Below the pieces are notes generated by a model, which saw only the letters and a program-made list of their open reading frames with translations, did no database searches and was not told the origin of the DNA. A stretch of 64,000 bases of DNA from Paramoeba atlantica (taxonomy: Eukaryota; Protista; Discosea), in the NCBI GenBank assembly GCA_977017575.1, contig CDRNVI010000225.1, forward strand, positions 9,429 to 73,428, written 5' to 3'. Below, one piece after another: positions 36,159 through 49,400 of the stretch (positions are counted from its first letter, which is position 1; each line of letters starts with the position of its first letter). Position numbers and translations under genes: made by a program.

Positions 36159-36729
36159 CGAATCGATTTTGTGTTGTTTCATTATGGTTCAAGGTGTTTC
36201 TTTTTCGTTGTTAATGGTGATTGGTGGTATTTCTTTTTCTCTCTCTTTCTTTCAATTCTTTGCAATTTTGCACTCCATTTACGACTCTGGATGTTATCAG
36301 CCATCAAAAGTAGAATGAAGGAAAGTTTGACTTTCAAGAGAAATCTGAGTGCGAGTATGCTACTTTCAATCTTAAACCTCGAGCATGTTTGGGGAAACGA
36401 ATGGCTGAATTGGAAGCTGCTGTCTTGATGTGTGTTTTGTTACCTCGATTTAAGTTTTTAAGTTGAAGGAAGGGTTTGAGCCCAAATTTGTGACGAGTGC
36501 AATTTTGTTTTGCCAAAATGGCTTACAATTTAATGTATCAAAAAGAAAATAAATTATTACGTTTTTATCGGAAAGAATGAAAACATTGTTGTTGTTGAGA
36601 AACTCAGTACGTCAGGAACTCAGGATCTCAGGAACGACAAAAATTTCCTTTTTGTTTTTCTTTTTGTGAGAAGAAAAAGGGAAGAGAGAAGAGAAGAGAA
36701 GAGAGAAGAAAAGAGAGAGAGAGAAAGAG

Positions 36730-37348
36730 ATGGGGGGAAGAGAGAAGAGATATTCTTCTTCTTCTTCTTCTTATTTGTTGATTGTTTTGTTTCTTTTTCT
36801 CTTTCTTTTTGAGGTTGTTTTTTCTATTTCGAGGGTTGATCGGCTGAGGGTCGATCGAGTCAAGAAAGAAAAGTAATTTTTTCTCTTTTCTTTTTCTTTT
36901 TCTTTTTCTTTTTCTTTTTCTTTTTCTTTTTCTTTCTCTTTTTCAGAGGTCACTCAATTCTCCTCTCCTCTTCTCTTTTCTTCTCCTTCTCTTCTCTTTT
37001 ATAGGAATAAAAAGGGTGAAAAACATGGTCTTCCTCAGAGACGTTCTCTCTCTTCTCTTTTATTTTTTTATTTTACATTTTGTTTCTTTTTTCTCTTTTT
37101 CTTTTTCTTTTTCTCTTCATTCTTTTTCTTTTCTCTTCTCTTCTTTTCTTTCTTTTTATTTCATTTATTTATTTATTAATTAATTAATTTCTTTAATAAA
37201 TAGAAATGGTTGATATATTTAAAGAAATTGGTTTAAAATCAAAAAAAGAAAATGGAAAATCTTTTGGAGTTTCTTATCGTCCAATGAATGATGGAGGAGG
37301 TTTTCTTCTTCTTTCTTCTTCTTCTTTTTTTCTTCTTTCTTCTTCTTT

Positions 37349-37411
<63 letters not shown>

Positions 37412-38920
37412 CTTTTTTCTGTTTTTTTTTTTTTTTTTTTTGTTCATTTTCTTTTTCTTTTCTGTTCTTCTTTGTTCTTTTCTCTCCTTTCTTTTCTCTC
37501 CTTTCTTTCTCTCCTTTCTTTCTCTTTTCATTTTTTTTTTGAATACAATAAATAGGAGCAAGAGGGATGCGTTGGCTTTCAAGTTTTATTCTTGCTCGTT
37601 TTCTTGGACTTGATGTATTTTTTTCTTTCTTTCTTTCTTCTTTTTTAAAATCTAAATTCTTGAATTGATTGTAATAATTAACTGATTTATTTTTTTATTC
37701 TTTTTATTTTTTTATTCTTTTTATTTTTTTATTCTTTTTATTTATTATCCTTTTTTCTTTTTCTTATTTGTTTCTTTCTTTCATTTCCTTTATTTGATTA
37801 AAATTTCATTTCCAATTGATTCATTTTTTTACAAAAGGTGATTCACAACAAATTTGAAGATGGAGGAGGAGTGAGTGCATTTCAATTTGAGGTTTTGTAT
37901 TTAATTCTCTTTTTGAAAATCCACATTTTAAGAAAACATAGAAAAGAAGAGTCAAGAATTTTATTTTTCAGAAGAATTTTAAAAAATAAAATTTTATTAT
38001 TTATAAGATTTATTTTTATTTATTTTATTATTTATTTTATTATTTATTTTATTATTTATTTTATTATTTATTTTATTCGAGAATATTAATTTATTCAATA
38101 GGGAGAATACTGCCATAAAGTAAATGAGATAAATTCTAAAATGGTTTCTTTCTTTTATTCTTTTTTCTCTTTTCTTCTCTCTTCTCTCCTTTTGTCTTTT
38201 CTTTTTTGAACTTGCTTGTTTCTCATATCACTTTCACTTTCTTTCCTATCCTTTCCTTTCCTTTCCTTTCTCTTTCTCTTTCTCTTCTCTTTCTCTTCTC
38301 TTTCTTTTCTTTCTTTTCTCTTTCTTTAAAAGATTTTTCGATGTTACGAATCAAAATGGGATGAATTTTTGGCAACAAAAAAATTCTCACTCAACATTTC
38401 TTCAATACCAAAAAATCCTTGTCCGATGGAAACAACGTTTTTTCTCTCTTCCCTTTTTCTCTCTCTTCCCTTTTTTTCTCTCTCTTCCCTTTTTCTCTCT
38501 TCCCTTTTTCTCTCTCTTCCCTTTTCCCTTTTCCTCTCTTCCCTTTTTCTCTCTTCCCTTTTTTCTCTCTTTTTCTTTTGGAAAAAAACTAAATTCTTCT
38601 TTTCTTTTCTTTTGTTTCTCTTTTCTTTTCTTCCTTTCTCTCTTTTCTCTCTTTTCTTTTGTTTCTTTTGTTTCTTTCTTTCCTTTCTCACCAGCCAATA
38701 TGAAATCAATGAGGAAACAATTGAAAAAGTTCTCCACCCAACAAATGAAAACCAAAAAATATTATCTCAAAACTCGAAAAGTAATAATAAAAAAGAAAAT
38801 GAAAAAGAAAATGAAATCGAAAATGGAAATTGTGACTCTGTTTCTGTGAGTGGATCTGGTCGTATTTCCGAGAAACTTTATGTTCTTTTTTTTATTCATT
38901 TATTTTATTTATTTTATTTA

Positions 38921-38983
<63 letters not shown>

Positions 38984-41863
38984 ATTTATTTCTTTTTTTT
39001 TTCTTGATATTTTTTTATTTTTTTATTTATTTTTTTTATTTATTTTTTTATTTTATTTTTTATTTATTTCTTTTATTTCTTGACTGAATATCAATTTTCA
39101 TTCAGAATGCAGAATCCTATTTCCCTCGATTGCGAGGTTTTTTTTTCCAAGAAACTTCTTTCCCTCTCTTCCTTTCCTCCTCTCCTTTCTCTTCCTCCTC
39201 TCTCCTCCCTCTCTCCTCTCTCCTCCCTCCTCCCTCTTCCCTTTCTTCTCTCTCCCCTCTCTCTCTCCCCTCTCTCTCTTTCTCTCTCTCCCCTCTCTCT
39301 CTCTCCTCTCTCTTTCTCTCTTTCTCTCTCTCTCTCCTAACAAAAAAAAACAAAAAAAGAAACTCTTTCAAGTTGGAGATCAGAAGTGTTGAGATTCCCA
39401 AGAGAAGGGTTTGAAGAGGAGGCAGAGTGTATGTTTCAGCCTTCTGGTATTAATGTTGCTGTTCATCTTCGTAGGTTTTATTTTTATTTTATTTATTATT
39501 TTATTTTTATTTTATTTTATTTTATTTTATTTTATTTATTATTTATTATTTATTATTTATTATTTATTATTTATTATTTATTATTTATTATTTATTATTT
39601 ATTATTTATTATTTATTATTTTATTTATTATTTTATTTATTATTTTATTTATTATTTTATTTATTATTTTTTAATTTTTTTTTTGATGTGTTTTTTTTTG
39701 GTTTTTTTTTAAAGTGATTTTGCGTATGTTTCTTTCACTCTCTCTTTTTCTCTTTTTCTCTTTTTCTCTTCTTTCTTTTTTTAAATCATTAAAAAAATAA
39801 AAAAAAGAGGAGACAAACGTATGAGTCGAGATTATCCAATTGGTTATCAAAATCAAGTTTTTTCTCTTTTTTTTCTCTTTTTTTATGAGTATTTTACACT
39901 CATTTCATTTTTTTATTATTAGCATCTTCTTCGAATGTTACATGAAATTGCAAAAGAAATTGATCCTGGTTTTCTTTTTCTTCTCTTCTCTTTCTTTTCT
40001 CTTTTCTTTCTTTTCTTTCCTCCCTTTCTTTTTTCTTTTTTCTCTAATTGAATGAATTTCACAAGAAAAACTTTTTTTTCTGTTTTGAGTTTTTTCTTTT
40101 TTTTCTCACTTCCTTTTCCCCTCTTTTTCTTCTCTCTTCTCTCTCTTCTCTCTCTTCTCTCTTTCTCTCTCTTTCTCTCTTCTCTCTCTTCTCTTCTCAG
40201 AGACATACCATTTACTCGTCCCCCCTCGAGAGAAAGAGAAAAAAGGAAATGGAGAAGAGAAAATATTCAGAACCAAATCAGAAACAAGAAAAGGAAAGAG
40301 AGAGAAAGGAAGAAAGAGAGAGAAAGTGGAAAAGGAACAAGATAGAGAGGAGAGAGAGAGAGAGAGGGAAGAGAGGAATGATGTGAGAAGGAAGGAGAGG
40401 ATGGAAAAAGCAAAGAGAGAAGAGAGAGAGAGAGAGAGAGAGAAGAAAGAGAATTACTTTGCGAGGACTTTTCGAATAATGAATTCTGAAAAAGAAACAA
40501 AAATTAATTTTCATATTTTTACTGAAATTGATAATGTTTTTTTTTCTTTTCTTTTTCTTTTCTTTTGTCTTTTCTTTTCTTTTTTCTTTTCTTTTTTCTT
40601 TTTCTTTTTTCTTTTCTTTTCTTTTTCTTTTTCCCTTCTACTCTCCTCCTCTCTTTCTCATTTCTCTTTTTCTTCTCTCAGTGTCCCAAACCTGTTTCTC
40701 AAGAAGACTTTCACAATTACCAGGTCATTTTTTTGAGTTCATTTTTAAAAAATTATGTGATTGTTCTTTATTTATTCATTATTTCTTCATTATTATTTCT
40801 TTCTTCTTTCTTTCTTCTTTCTTCTTTCTTTCTTCTTTCTTCTTTCTTCTTTCTTCTTTCTTTCTTATTATTTATTAGTCTTCAAATAATAAAAATAAAT
40901 AATTTTAATAGGATTCAGGAAAATCAATGGGATATTATTTCAAAGAAAACCCTTCTTCTCTCTCAGTATCTCTCTCTTTTTCTTCTCTCTTCTTTCTTTC
41001 TCTTTCCTTTCTCTCTCCCTCTTTCCTTTCTCTCTCTTCTTCTTCTCTCTTTCTTATTTTTCTATTTTAGAAAGTTTCTTCAAAATCAAGAACTTTTTCT
41101 ACTCCTGGATATGCAGAATGGGCAAATGATTTACCAAAAAAAGGTTTTTTTATTTTATTTTATTTTATTTTATTTTTATTTATCTTTTCTTTTCTTTTCC
41201 CCTCTATCTTTCTCTCTCTTCCTCTCTCTCTTTTCTCTTCTCTTCTCTTCTCTTCTCTTCTCTTCTCTCTCTCTCTCTTCCCCCAAGAAAATGGACTCGG
41301 ATCACAAAACAAAGACAAAAAATATATGATAATTGATGAGTTGGCAATGTGGGATTTGGAGCCGAGAGATTGTTTTTATTCTTTTCTTTCTGATTGTCCT
41401 TCTAATTATATGTTTGATTTTTTTTTGGGGGAGAAGAGAGAGAGAGAGAGAGAACAGAGAGAGAACAGAGAAAGAGAAGAGAGTAAATTCAAAATAATGA
41501 ATAAATTAATTAACTCGATTAAAATAAAAATAAAAATAAAAATAAAAATAAAAACTAAAAAAAAAACTAAAAAAAAATATTAGGTGTTCGGCTTATTATC
41601 GAAAAAGATGTGCTGATGAAGTAAAATTCTCCTTTTTCTTTCTTCTTTATCTTTTTTTCTTCTCTCTCTTTCTTCTCTCTCTTTCTCTCTCTTTTTTTCT
41701 TCTCTCTCTTTCTCTCTCTATTTTTCTTTTGTTCCCTCACAAACAACAACTTCTCTTTCTCTTTCTTTCTCCCTTTCTCTCTCTTTTCTCATGTCTGTCT
41801 CTTCTTTCTCTTAAGGTTTTTTGTGAGTCTTTTCCCTCTGGTGTTTGGCGAGTAAAGGTTCTC

Positions 41864-41914
<51 letters not shown>

Positions 41915-43000
41915 CTCTTTCTTTCTCTTTCTCTCTTTCTTTTGTGTTTCTCTTCTAATTGTTCTTTTTTAGAGTGGAAGAGGATTGGGATTTTTGCCTT
42001 TTAATGTTTTTGTGTAATATATTTTAAAATTCTTTTCTTTTTTCTCTTTTCTTTTTCTCTTTCTCTTTCTCTTTTTCTTTTCTTTTTTTTAATATTTTTG
42101 CATTGGCGAACTCTTTCTCTCCTCTTTTTCTCTCTCTCTTTTCTTTTTCTTCTCTTTTAGGCATGTCAATGGTCCACCAGAAGAGAGTATTTATTGCATG
42201 AGTCAAGTCTTCTTTTCTTTGTCTCTCTTTTTTGATTTCTCTTTCTAAGTTTTTTCTCTTCCATTTTCTCTATCTCTTTCTTTTCTTTCTCTTTCTCTTT
42301 CTCTTCTCTCTAGGCTGATATCATTTGGGGTGTGTGTTCAACATTCTCTCAACTCTCTCTCTTTCTCTCTCCTCCAGAAAAAGCATTAAAATTGTACAGT
42401 TCAAATTGTGGAATGCCTGTTGAGAGGTTTCTCTTCTTCTTTCTCTTTCTCCCTTTTCTCTCTTTCCCTCTTTTCCTCTTTTCTTCCCTTTCTTTCTTTT
42501 CCTTTTCATTCTCTGTTTTCTTACTCTTTTTCTTTCTTTTCTCTTCAATCAGACAACATATTGGGCTTGTCCGAGCTGAAAATTTTTCACATTGGGTTGC
42601 TACCAAGGTCTCTCTTTTCTCTCTCTCTTCTTTTCTTTTCTTTATTTTTTAAGTAAAATGAATAACAATTTTTGACTCTGAATTATTTTAGAATGAAAGA
42701 GTTCCTCTTCTTGTTTTTCCTGAAACATTTCCAAATTCAATTCAAAACTGGAAAAAAGGGTTTTTTTTTGTTTCTCTCTTTACTCTTCTCTCTCTCTCTC
42801 TTCTCTTTTTCGGTCTGTTTTGATCTTCTTTTCTCTTTTCTCTAGATGGACTTTGGATGGCAAGAGGAAAGAAAGGAGAGCCTTTCAAGGATACCGAAAA
42901 AATGAGAACAATGATTTTGCAGGATCATTTTCTCCTTTACCTTTGGTTTTCCTTTCTATTCCCTTTCTTGTTCTGAAAATTTGTTTTTTAATTTTACTTT
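36730..43000 (+). CDS. Putative type II Golgi fucosyltransferase-like glycosyltransferase split into many micro-exons
   Basis: First exon MGGREKRYSSSSSSYLLIVLFLFLFLFEVVF (TM anchor). The first exons splice in frame into MVDIFKEIG. VAVHLRR|xDF at ~39460 and ADIIWGVCSTFS at ~42314 resemble alpha-2/alpha-6/O-FucT motifs. The full model is unresolved. Confidence 0.45.
36960..42700. repeat. Dense intronic low-complexity and microsatellite tracts (poly-T, CT-rich, TTA/TATT repeats)
   Basis: Examples: poly-T ~37345-37440, (ttatttctt)n ~38900-38990, (tatttat)n ~39530-39620, CT-rich ~39160-39340. Confidence 0.9.
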
Positions 43001-43207
43001 TCTCTTTCTTTTTTAGAAAAAAATTATTCGTGACAAAAAACGAGAAACACATTTTTGAGGAAGAACTTTGTGGTCACACCCCCAAAAAAATTGATTTTAA
43101 ATAATTTTTATTTATGATAAATAACTTGTTCAGCTCGAAAAAAAAAAGCTCATTCTTTTCATGAAAAATTACGTTTCCTGGAAACTGCTTCTGCGCCTCC
43201 CTCTTTT

Positions 43208-46200
43208 CTACCTTGGACTTCTTGGGGTCCTTGGTGTGTTCGGATCGACATTTCCCCAAATTCTAGCATCTCGTTGAACAACCGATTCAAGTCCAAAGAA
43301 ATGAGCCGTTTCAGGGTGTGAAGCGAGTATAAATAAGATAATCAAAAATATCCAAACTGTGCCAAGGAGAGCAAGAGAGACAATTCTAAATGTTGTCCAA
43401 TCTTCTCCACTTTCCGAAAACGAAAAGAGAACTCCAAAATTGGACAAATGTGAACAAATGCAAACAACTCTCCCATTCTTTAAATCTTCCTCTGATAATT
43501 TACAACCACTTAAATCGAATAAGCAATCTGAACCCGCAAGAAATGCACACAACGTTTCATTCATTTCAACTTTATCATCCTCAAGATCAAATCGGCTATT
43601 GGTCTTTGATTTTGAATTGGCAAATGTGATTTCTCCTCCGAAATTCTGGCGATTTTCTCCATTCTCACCAAGTTCATAAAAAATATGAATTTCAAGCTCA
43701 GGATTACTCACTTCAATGACCGCAGGTTCTCCTCCATCCAATCGCACAGTGATTGTCATTCCTTCGATTTGTGATCCTGCACTCAAAAACCCATCATCAT
43801 CACTCCCATTGTCACTCTCTTCAGATAGAGACGGGGAGGAGCATTGCTCCGCAACTTGTGATCGTTGAAGCAACACACAATACAAAGATTCAGATGTTTG
43901 TTGTTCATCAAAATTCTCATCAGACCAAGCAAGAATTAAATCAGAAATAAAAGAGGGCAAGACAAAATAAGTTGCTGTTGTATCTTCTGGGGTGATTGGA
44001 ACCAACGTCTCTCCGTCGCCCAATTCAGTAACCGAACGAGTGAAAGCAAAGTAAGCCACAGTCTCTCCTGAGAAAAGAAACTCCTCCCCACAAAAGTCAG
44101 TATCAGTTGTCAAGAGATCCTGAACCCTGTCGAGGATTTCATTCACATCATCAAAGGAAATTGAACTCTCATCAGATCCGGTCGTCACTTGATCTAAAAC
44201 AGTTAAAGCAACTGTTGGAGGGAATGAATTCGATTGTGTGGCTTCATCAAGAGCCTGATAGTTTTCATCTTCATTGTTTCCATTACTTGAAGAGTAAACC
44301 AACAAATTCAGAATTAAATTTGCTTCTGGACCTGTCAAATCTGTCGGTAGCTTCCATAACAACAAAAGGTCCAGAAGTTCAAGAATCAAATCAATCGATT
44401 CATCTTCAATATCCGATGGAGGAGAGGATCCAAGAATGGCCAACAAAAGATTTCCCGCAATCATTGCCTCCCCTTCAGAAATCAGAACTTCCACTTTTTC
44501 CAAGAGAAGAGCCCATTCAGAATCACTAAGATCGTCTCCTCCTCCTCTGACCACAACAGCCAAGACATATCCAGATGAACATACTCCTCGAGTATTGCAA
44601 ACAAGAACTCGAATCTTCACCTCAACATCCTCAGTATTTGCTGGAAAGAATATCTCAAGTGATGGTTCAATAATTGGGTTCGAAATCATAACAAACCATT
44701 CATTGTTCACTTCAATCTCAAAAAGATATCCAAATGGTCCGTATTCACCTTCCCAATCAACGCATTCAATTGTGTAATTTGTGAGAGGATCAACAGGAGA
44801 ATCAATGAAACATCTCCCACCAAATGGCGGAAGGAATGGTGAAAGAACACAAGATTGAAGAGTAGCCTCGACCCAACCATCCAACACAGACCCATCATCA
44901 GGCAACAATGGAACAGCAGTGACTTGAAATTGAGCAGATTCTCCTGGCTCTAAAAATCCACCACGAAACACAATTGTAAATGTTCCATTGTCCAATCCCT
45001 CAGAGGTGATGAAGTTTCCTCCAAATTGTAAATCACATGGTGGATCATCACACAATTGATCCATCGTAACATTTTCTCGATGGTCAGAATCTTCATTCTC
45101 CCACTTTTCACCTGACCAACGAATAGAAATCAAAGCTGAAGAATCATCTGACAATACCTCATCCCAAGAATCTGAATCTATTCGTATCTGAAGTGTGATT
45201 GTGTGGTCACTGACCACTGATCCGCACGTTAAAAGGGACAGTTCAGAAAAGGTGAACAAAACAAATGATGATTCTGTTTTATGAACCACAACAGAACCAC
45301 CAGCAGTCCAACCACCAAAATCATCTTCGACTGGCATACAAAATGTCATTGTCAAAATCCACACAGTCACCAAAGGACTTTCTTCAGGATACTCAATCAC
45401 AAGAGAAGGATTATTACCATCAACATCGATAATGGGAGAAGTTCCAGGGCATACACTCCCTTCTGCATCTGGATATCGACATCTCCATTCAGCCGTGATC
45501 TCCTCTTGCCCAATCGGACAAATGTTTGGATTTAGTACCTCCACTTCAATCTCCAAATCCCCCTTCTCAGATGACCACAAAAATTCACTTCCTTTGGCAA
45601 ACACAATCGAGGGCTCAATCCAAACTGAGGTATCAATGAGATAAGTATACTCTCCCACTCCAACATTAATCTCAGAGAATGAAGGGAGCGCATTTGGAGG
45701 GATGAGAAGTCCGTCTACGGAACAAGAACAACCTTGACAGATATTAGAAGGACAATCGCGTGAAGGACAAAGTTCGCACGGATCAGAGAGAGTGAGATTA
45801 TCAAAATAGGTCCAAATAAAAGGGAGGGAGGAAGATAGTGCTTCCAGATACAATCTTGATGATGCTGATGCTGTAATTGGGATTGTGTGAGGGGGAAGTG
45901 TTTGAGTTGGGGAAGGGGAAGGTGAGGGCGAGGGTGAGGGTGATGGGGATGTTGATGGGGATGGTAAGGGGGATGGGGAGGGGGATGGGGATGGTGAGGG
46001 GGATGGGGAAGGAGATGGTGAGTGGGATGGAAAAGGAGAGAAGAAAGGCGATGGGGAAGGGGATGGTGAGGGCGAGAGAGATGGAGATGGCGATGGTGAT
46101 GGAGATGGGGAGGGCGATGGTAAGAATGTAGGTGATGGAGAGAAAGAAGGTGACGGTGAAGGTGAGGGAGCTGGAGATGAGATGGAGAGGGATGGGGATG

Positions 46201-46254
46201 GAGATGGGGATGGGGATGGGGAGAAGAAAGGAGAAGGAGAATATGAGGGTGAAG

Positions 46255-46286
<32 letters not shown>

Positions 46287-46452
46287 AGAGGTGAGAAAAA
46301 AAGAGAAGGTGAGGGCGAGGGCGAGGGCGAGAGAAATGGTGATGGTGATGGTGAAGGAGAAGGTGATGGTGCAATGTATGGTGAGGGCGAGGGTGAGGGT
46401 GATGGAGAAAGAGATGGTGACGGTGACGGTGACGGTGATGGAAAGAGAGATG

Positions 46453-46491
<39 letters not shown>

Positions 46492-49400
46492 ATGGAGATA
46501 GAGATGGTGAAGGTGAGGGCGAGGATGAGGGTGAGGGTGAGGGTGAGGGTGATGGAGATAGAGATGGTGAAGGTGAGGGCGAGGATGAGGGCGAGGGTGA
46601 GGGTGACGGAGAAAGAAAAGGTGATGGTGAAGGTGAAGGAGATGGTGATGAGGAGAAGAAAGGAGAAGGTGAAGGGAAGGGTGAGGGGGATGGAGAGGGT
46701 GAGGGGGATGGAGAGGGTGAGAGAGATGGTGAGGGTGAGGGAGAGGGTGAAGGTGAAGGTGAAAGAAATGGTGAAGGTGAAGGTGAAGGGAATGGAGATG
46801 GTGAGATGTATGGTAGAGGCGATGGAGAGGGTGAATAAGAAGGCGATGGAGAGGGAGAAGGTGAGGGAGAAAATGAGAAGGAAGGAGATGGAGACGGAGA
46901 AGGAGATGGGGATGGAGATGGAGATGGAGAGAGAAATGGTGAGGGTGAGGGTGAGGGTGAAGGGGAGATATGTGGTGATGGTGATGGGGAGAGAGATGGT
47001 GATGGAGAAGGTGAGGGTGAGGGAGAGAGAAAAGGAGAAGGTGAATGAGATGGCGAAGGGAATGGAGAAGGTGATGGAGAAGGTGAGATGGAGGGAGAAG
47101 GCGAAGGAGATGGCGAAAGAGAAGGAGAAGGAGATGGAGAAGGAGAATGTGAGGGAAAAGGGAAAGGAGAAGGAGAAGGAGAAGGAGAGGGAGAAGGAGA
47201 AGGAGAAGGAGAGGGAGAAGGAGAAGGAGAAGGAGAGGGAGAAGGAGAAGGAGAAGGAGATGGAGAAGGAGGAAAACCCGGGCAAATACTCCCAGAATAT
47301 GACATGGATGAATCTGGGGAGAGATAAGGGCATTCAGCAATTTTTTCTAGAACTGCCGTTGTGTTGCAGTTCCCTTCTTCAGTTTCTTCAACTCCATTCA
47401 CAAAAACATCACAGATAAGAGCAGCATCAGTAAAATCTACCCCCACAAGGGAATTAGACAGATCCATTTGGATAAGATCAGAAATTGAATAAGATGAGAA
47501 AGAAAAGCCACCATCCGGGGAGGCGATGCGGAATCCTGAAACGGATGTCAATTCAAATTCCCAATCCCAGTAGCTTGGAATATTTGTTGCATTACTTTCG
47601 ATACGTATCTCAACACTACACATTATTCCAGATAGCACCAAATCAGATGAAAAATAAATGGAATAACTCCCAATTGGAAACTCCTCGTCAGTATTCATTT
47701 CGACAAAAATCTTCACATTGTACCACTGAATATTTCTCATATCTGAGTCTACAACTCGGACTGGGAGAACAAGATGATTGGTGTCAAAGTCAATTTGGGA
47801 GAGCCAGAGAACATCTGTCCATATAGTTCGATCAAATGTTACAAAATTGAGTTCTATAAAACGATTTACACCATCAGAGGGTGAGTCAGCAGTCGAATTC
47901 ATTGAACCATAACCCTCGATAATCCATTGACAAAAAGTGGAGTCAGACATATCAACTAGAAGAGCCGTGAAAATGCTCGAACGGAATAGTTTCATCACAG
48001 TATTAGAATAAATTCTGAAATTTCGAAAGACACAATCACGCATATCCATCCAACCAGTCTCTGAAAAATTATACAATGCAGAGGAGGATTTACCCAAAGC
48101 AAAAACAACTGACCGAGCCTCTGCGCTACTTTCCTCTGTAAAACTTGCGGTGCAGTTGATAGTAAACCCATCAAACATAGAATGGGAGGTATTTACCCCT
48201 TTTCCTCCCAAGATATTAAATCCAGCCAAACGGCAATTCTCACAATCGTCTCCTGCAGTGTAAGAACCATCGAGAATAATTTCAACAGAAATCCAAGTCG
48301 AGTCAGGAGCAACCAGATTCATGAATGCAATTCCAAAAACAGGCTTTTTTGTCATAGGATTTTCTTCTGTGACATTTGATCCTGTTAAGTTACCAGCAAC
48401 ATGGAGAGTTGTCTCGTACCAACGTGAATTGGTTCCTTCAAATTCATTCCATAATATCGCACCGAATCGCATTCCATTTATCCCAAATCCATTTAAGAAC
48501 ATAATTCCATCCATCTTAAAGAGACAGCCCTGAAATACTGCGTTTCGGAAAGTGGTCTCTTGGAAGAAAATACCACTGATAAACTCATAGTTATCTTCAA
48601 TAACGTTCAATTCATAAGTCGAATCAGTTTCAATAATCACACTGACCCAATTCGCTTCATCAAAATCACAATCCACAATTCCAACACCTCCTCGACTGAC
48701 AAATCCTGAAGATGTAAAGGTTCTTGATCCACCAACTATAATCCTTGTGGTAATCCAAGCAGTATCATAGAAAGATGATTCTTCAATGAGAACAAGGAAA
48801 TCAGGAAGAGGAGTTTCAGAAGAAACATTGGTAACAATAATTGAAGAGTCAGTCCAAACAGAGTGATCAAAGGTCGATTTGGTGATGATCACTTCAGAAT
48901 TTGCATAGAATTCACAAAAATCAAAAGTAGCTGAAACAAAGATTGAGGAATCAATTGTGATCTTGTCACAATCAGGGAATGTCACATTGATGAAAGAGAC
49001 GTCAGTGTAGTTTTCTCCAATAATATCGCAAGAAGGCCATACACATCCTGTGATTGATTTTAAAAATGGAAAGAAAGAAAAAGACAAAAAAACAATCTTT
49101 GTCAAGAGAATTATCAAAGTGTTGTATCAACTAAAAAAAAGAAAAATGAAAAGAATGAAAGAAAGAAATAGAGAAACCAGAATGAACACTGTTTTGAAGA
49201 CCACAGTCCTGGAAAGCAGGACAAACACCACCAGAATTAGGTGCTGTTGCATCCGAAGAAAGATAAGGACAAGCATCAAATCTCTCAAGAACTTCTTCGG
49301 AACTGCAGTTTCCTTTGTCATCAATCTCCCCCTCATTCACAACCACATCACAGATAAGAGTGGCGTTATCAAAATCAACTTGATTAACTACTGAGAAGTC

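Noticed and set aside
36960-42700. Many Phe/Leu/Ser-rich and Lys/Arg/Glu-rich ORFs
   Set aside because: They arise from stop-poor homopolymer and microsatellite introns.
45715-47418. Long His/Pro-rich, (GE)n collagen-like and Met/Val/Arg-rich ORFs
   Set aside because: These are shadow frames of the Ser-Pro repeat; only the SP frame is continuous with the flanking domains.
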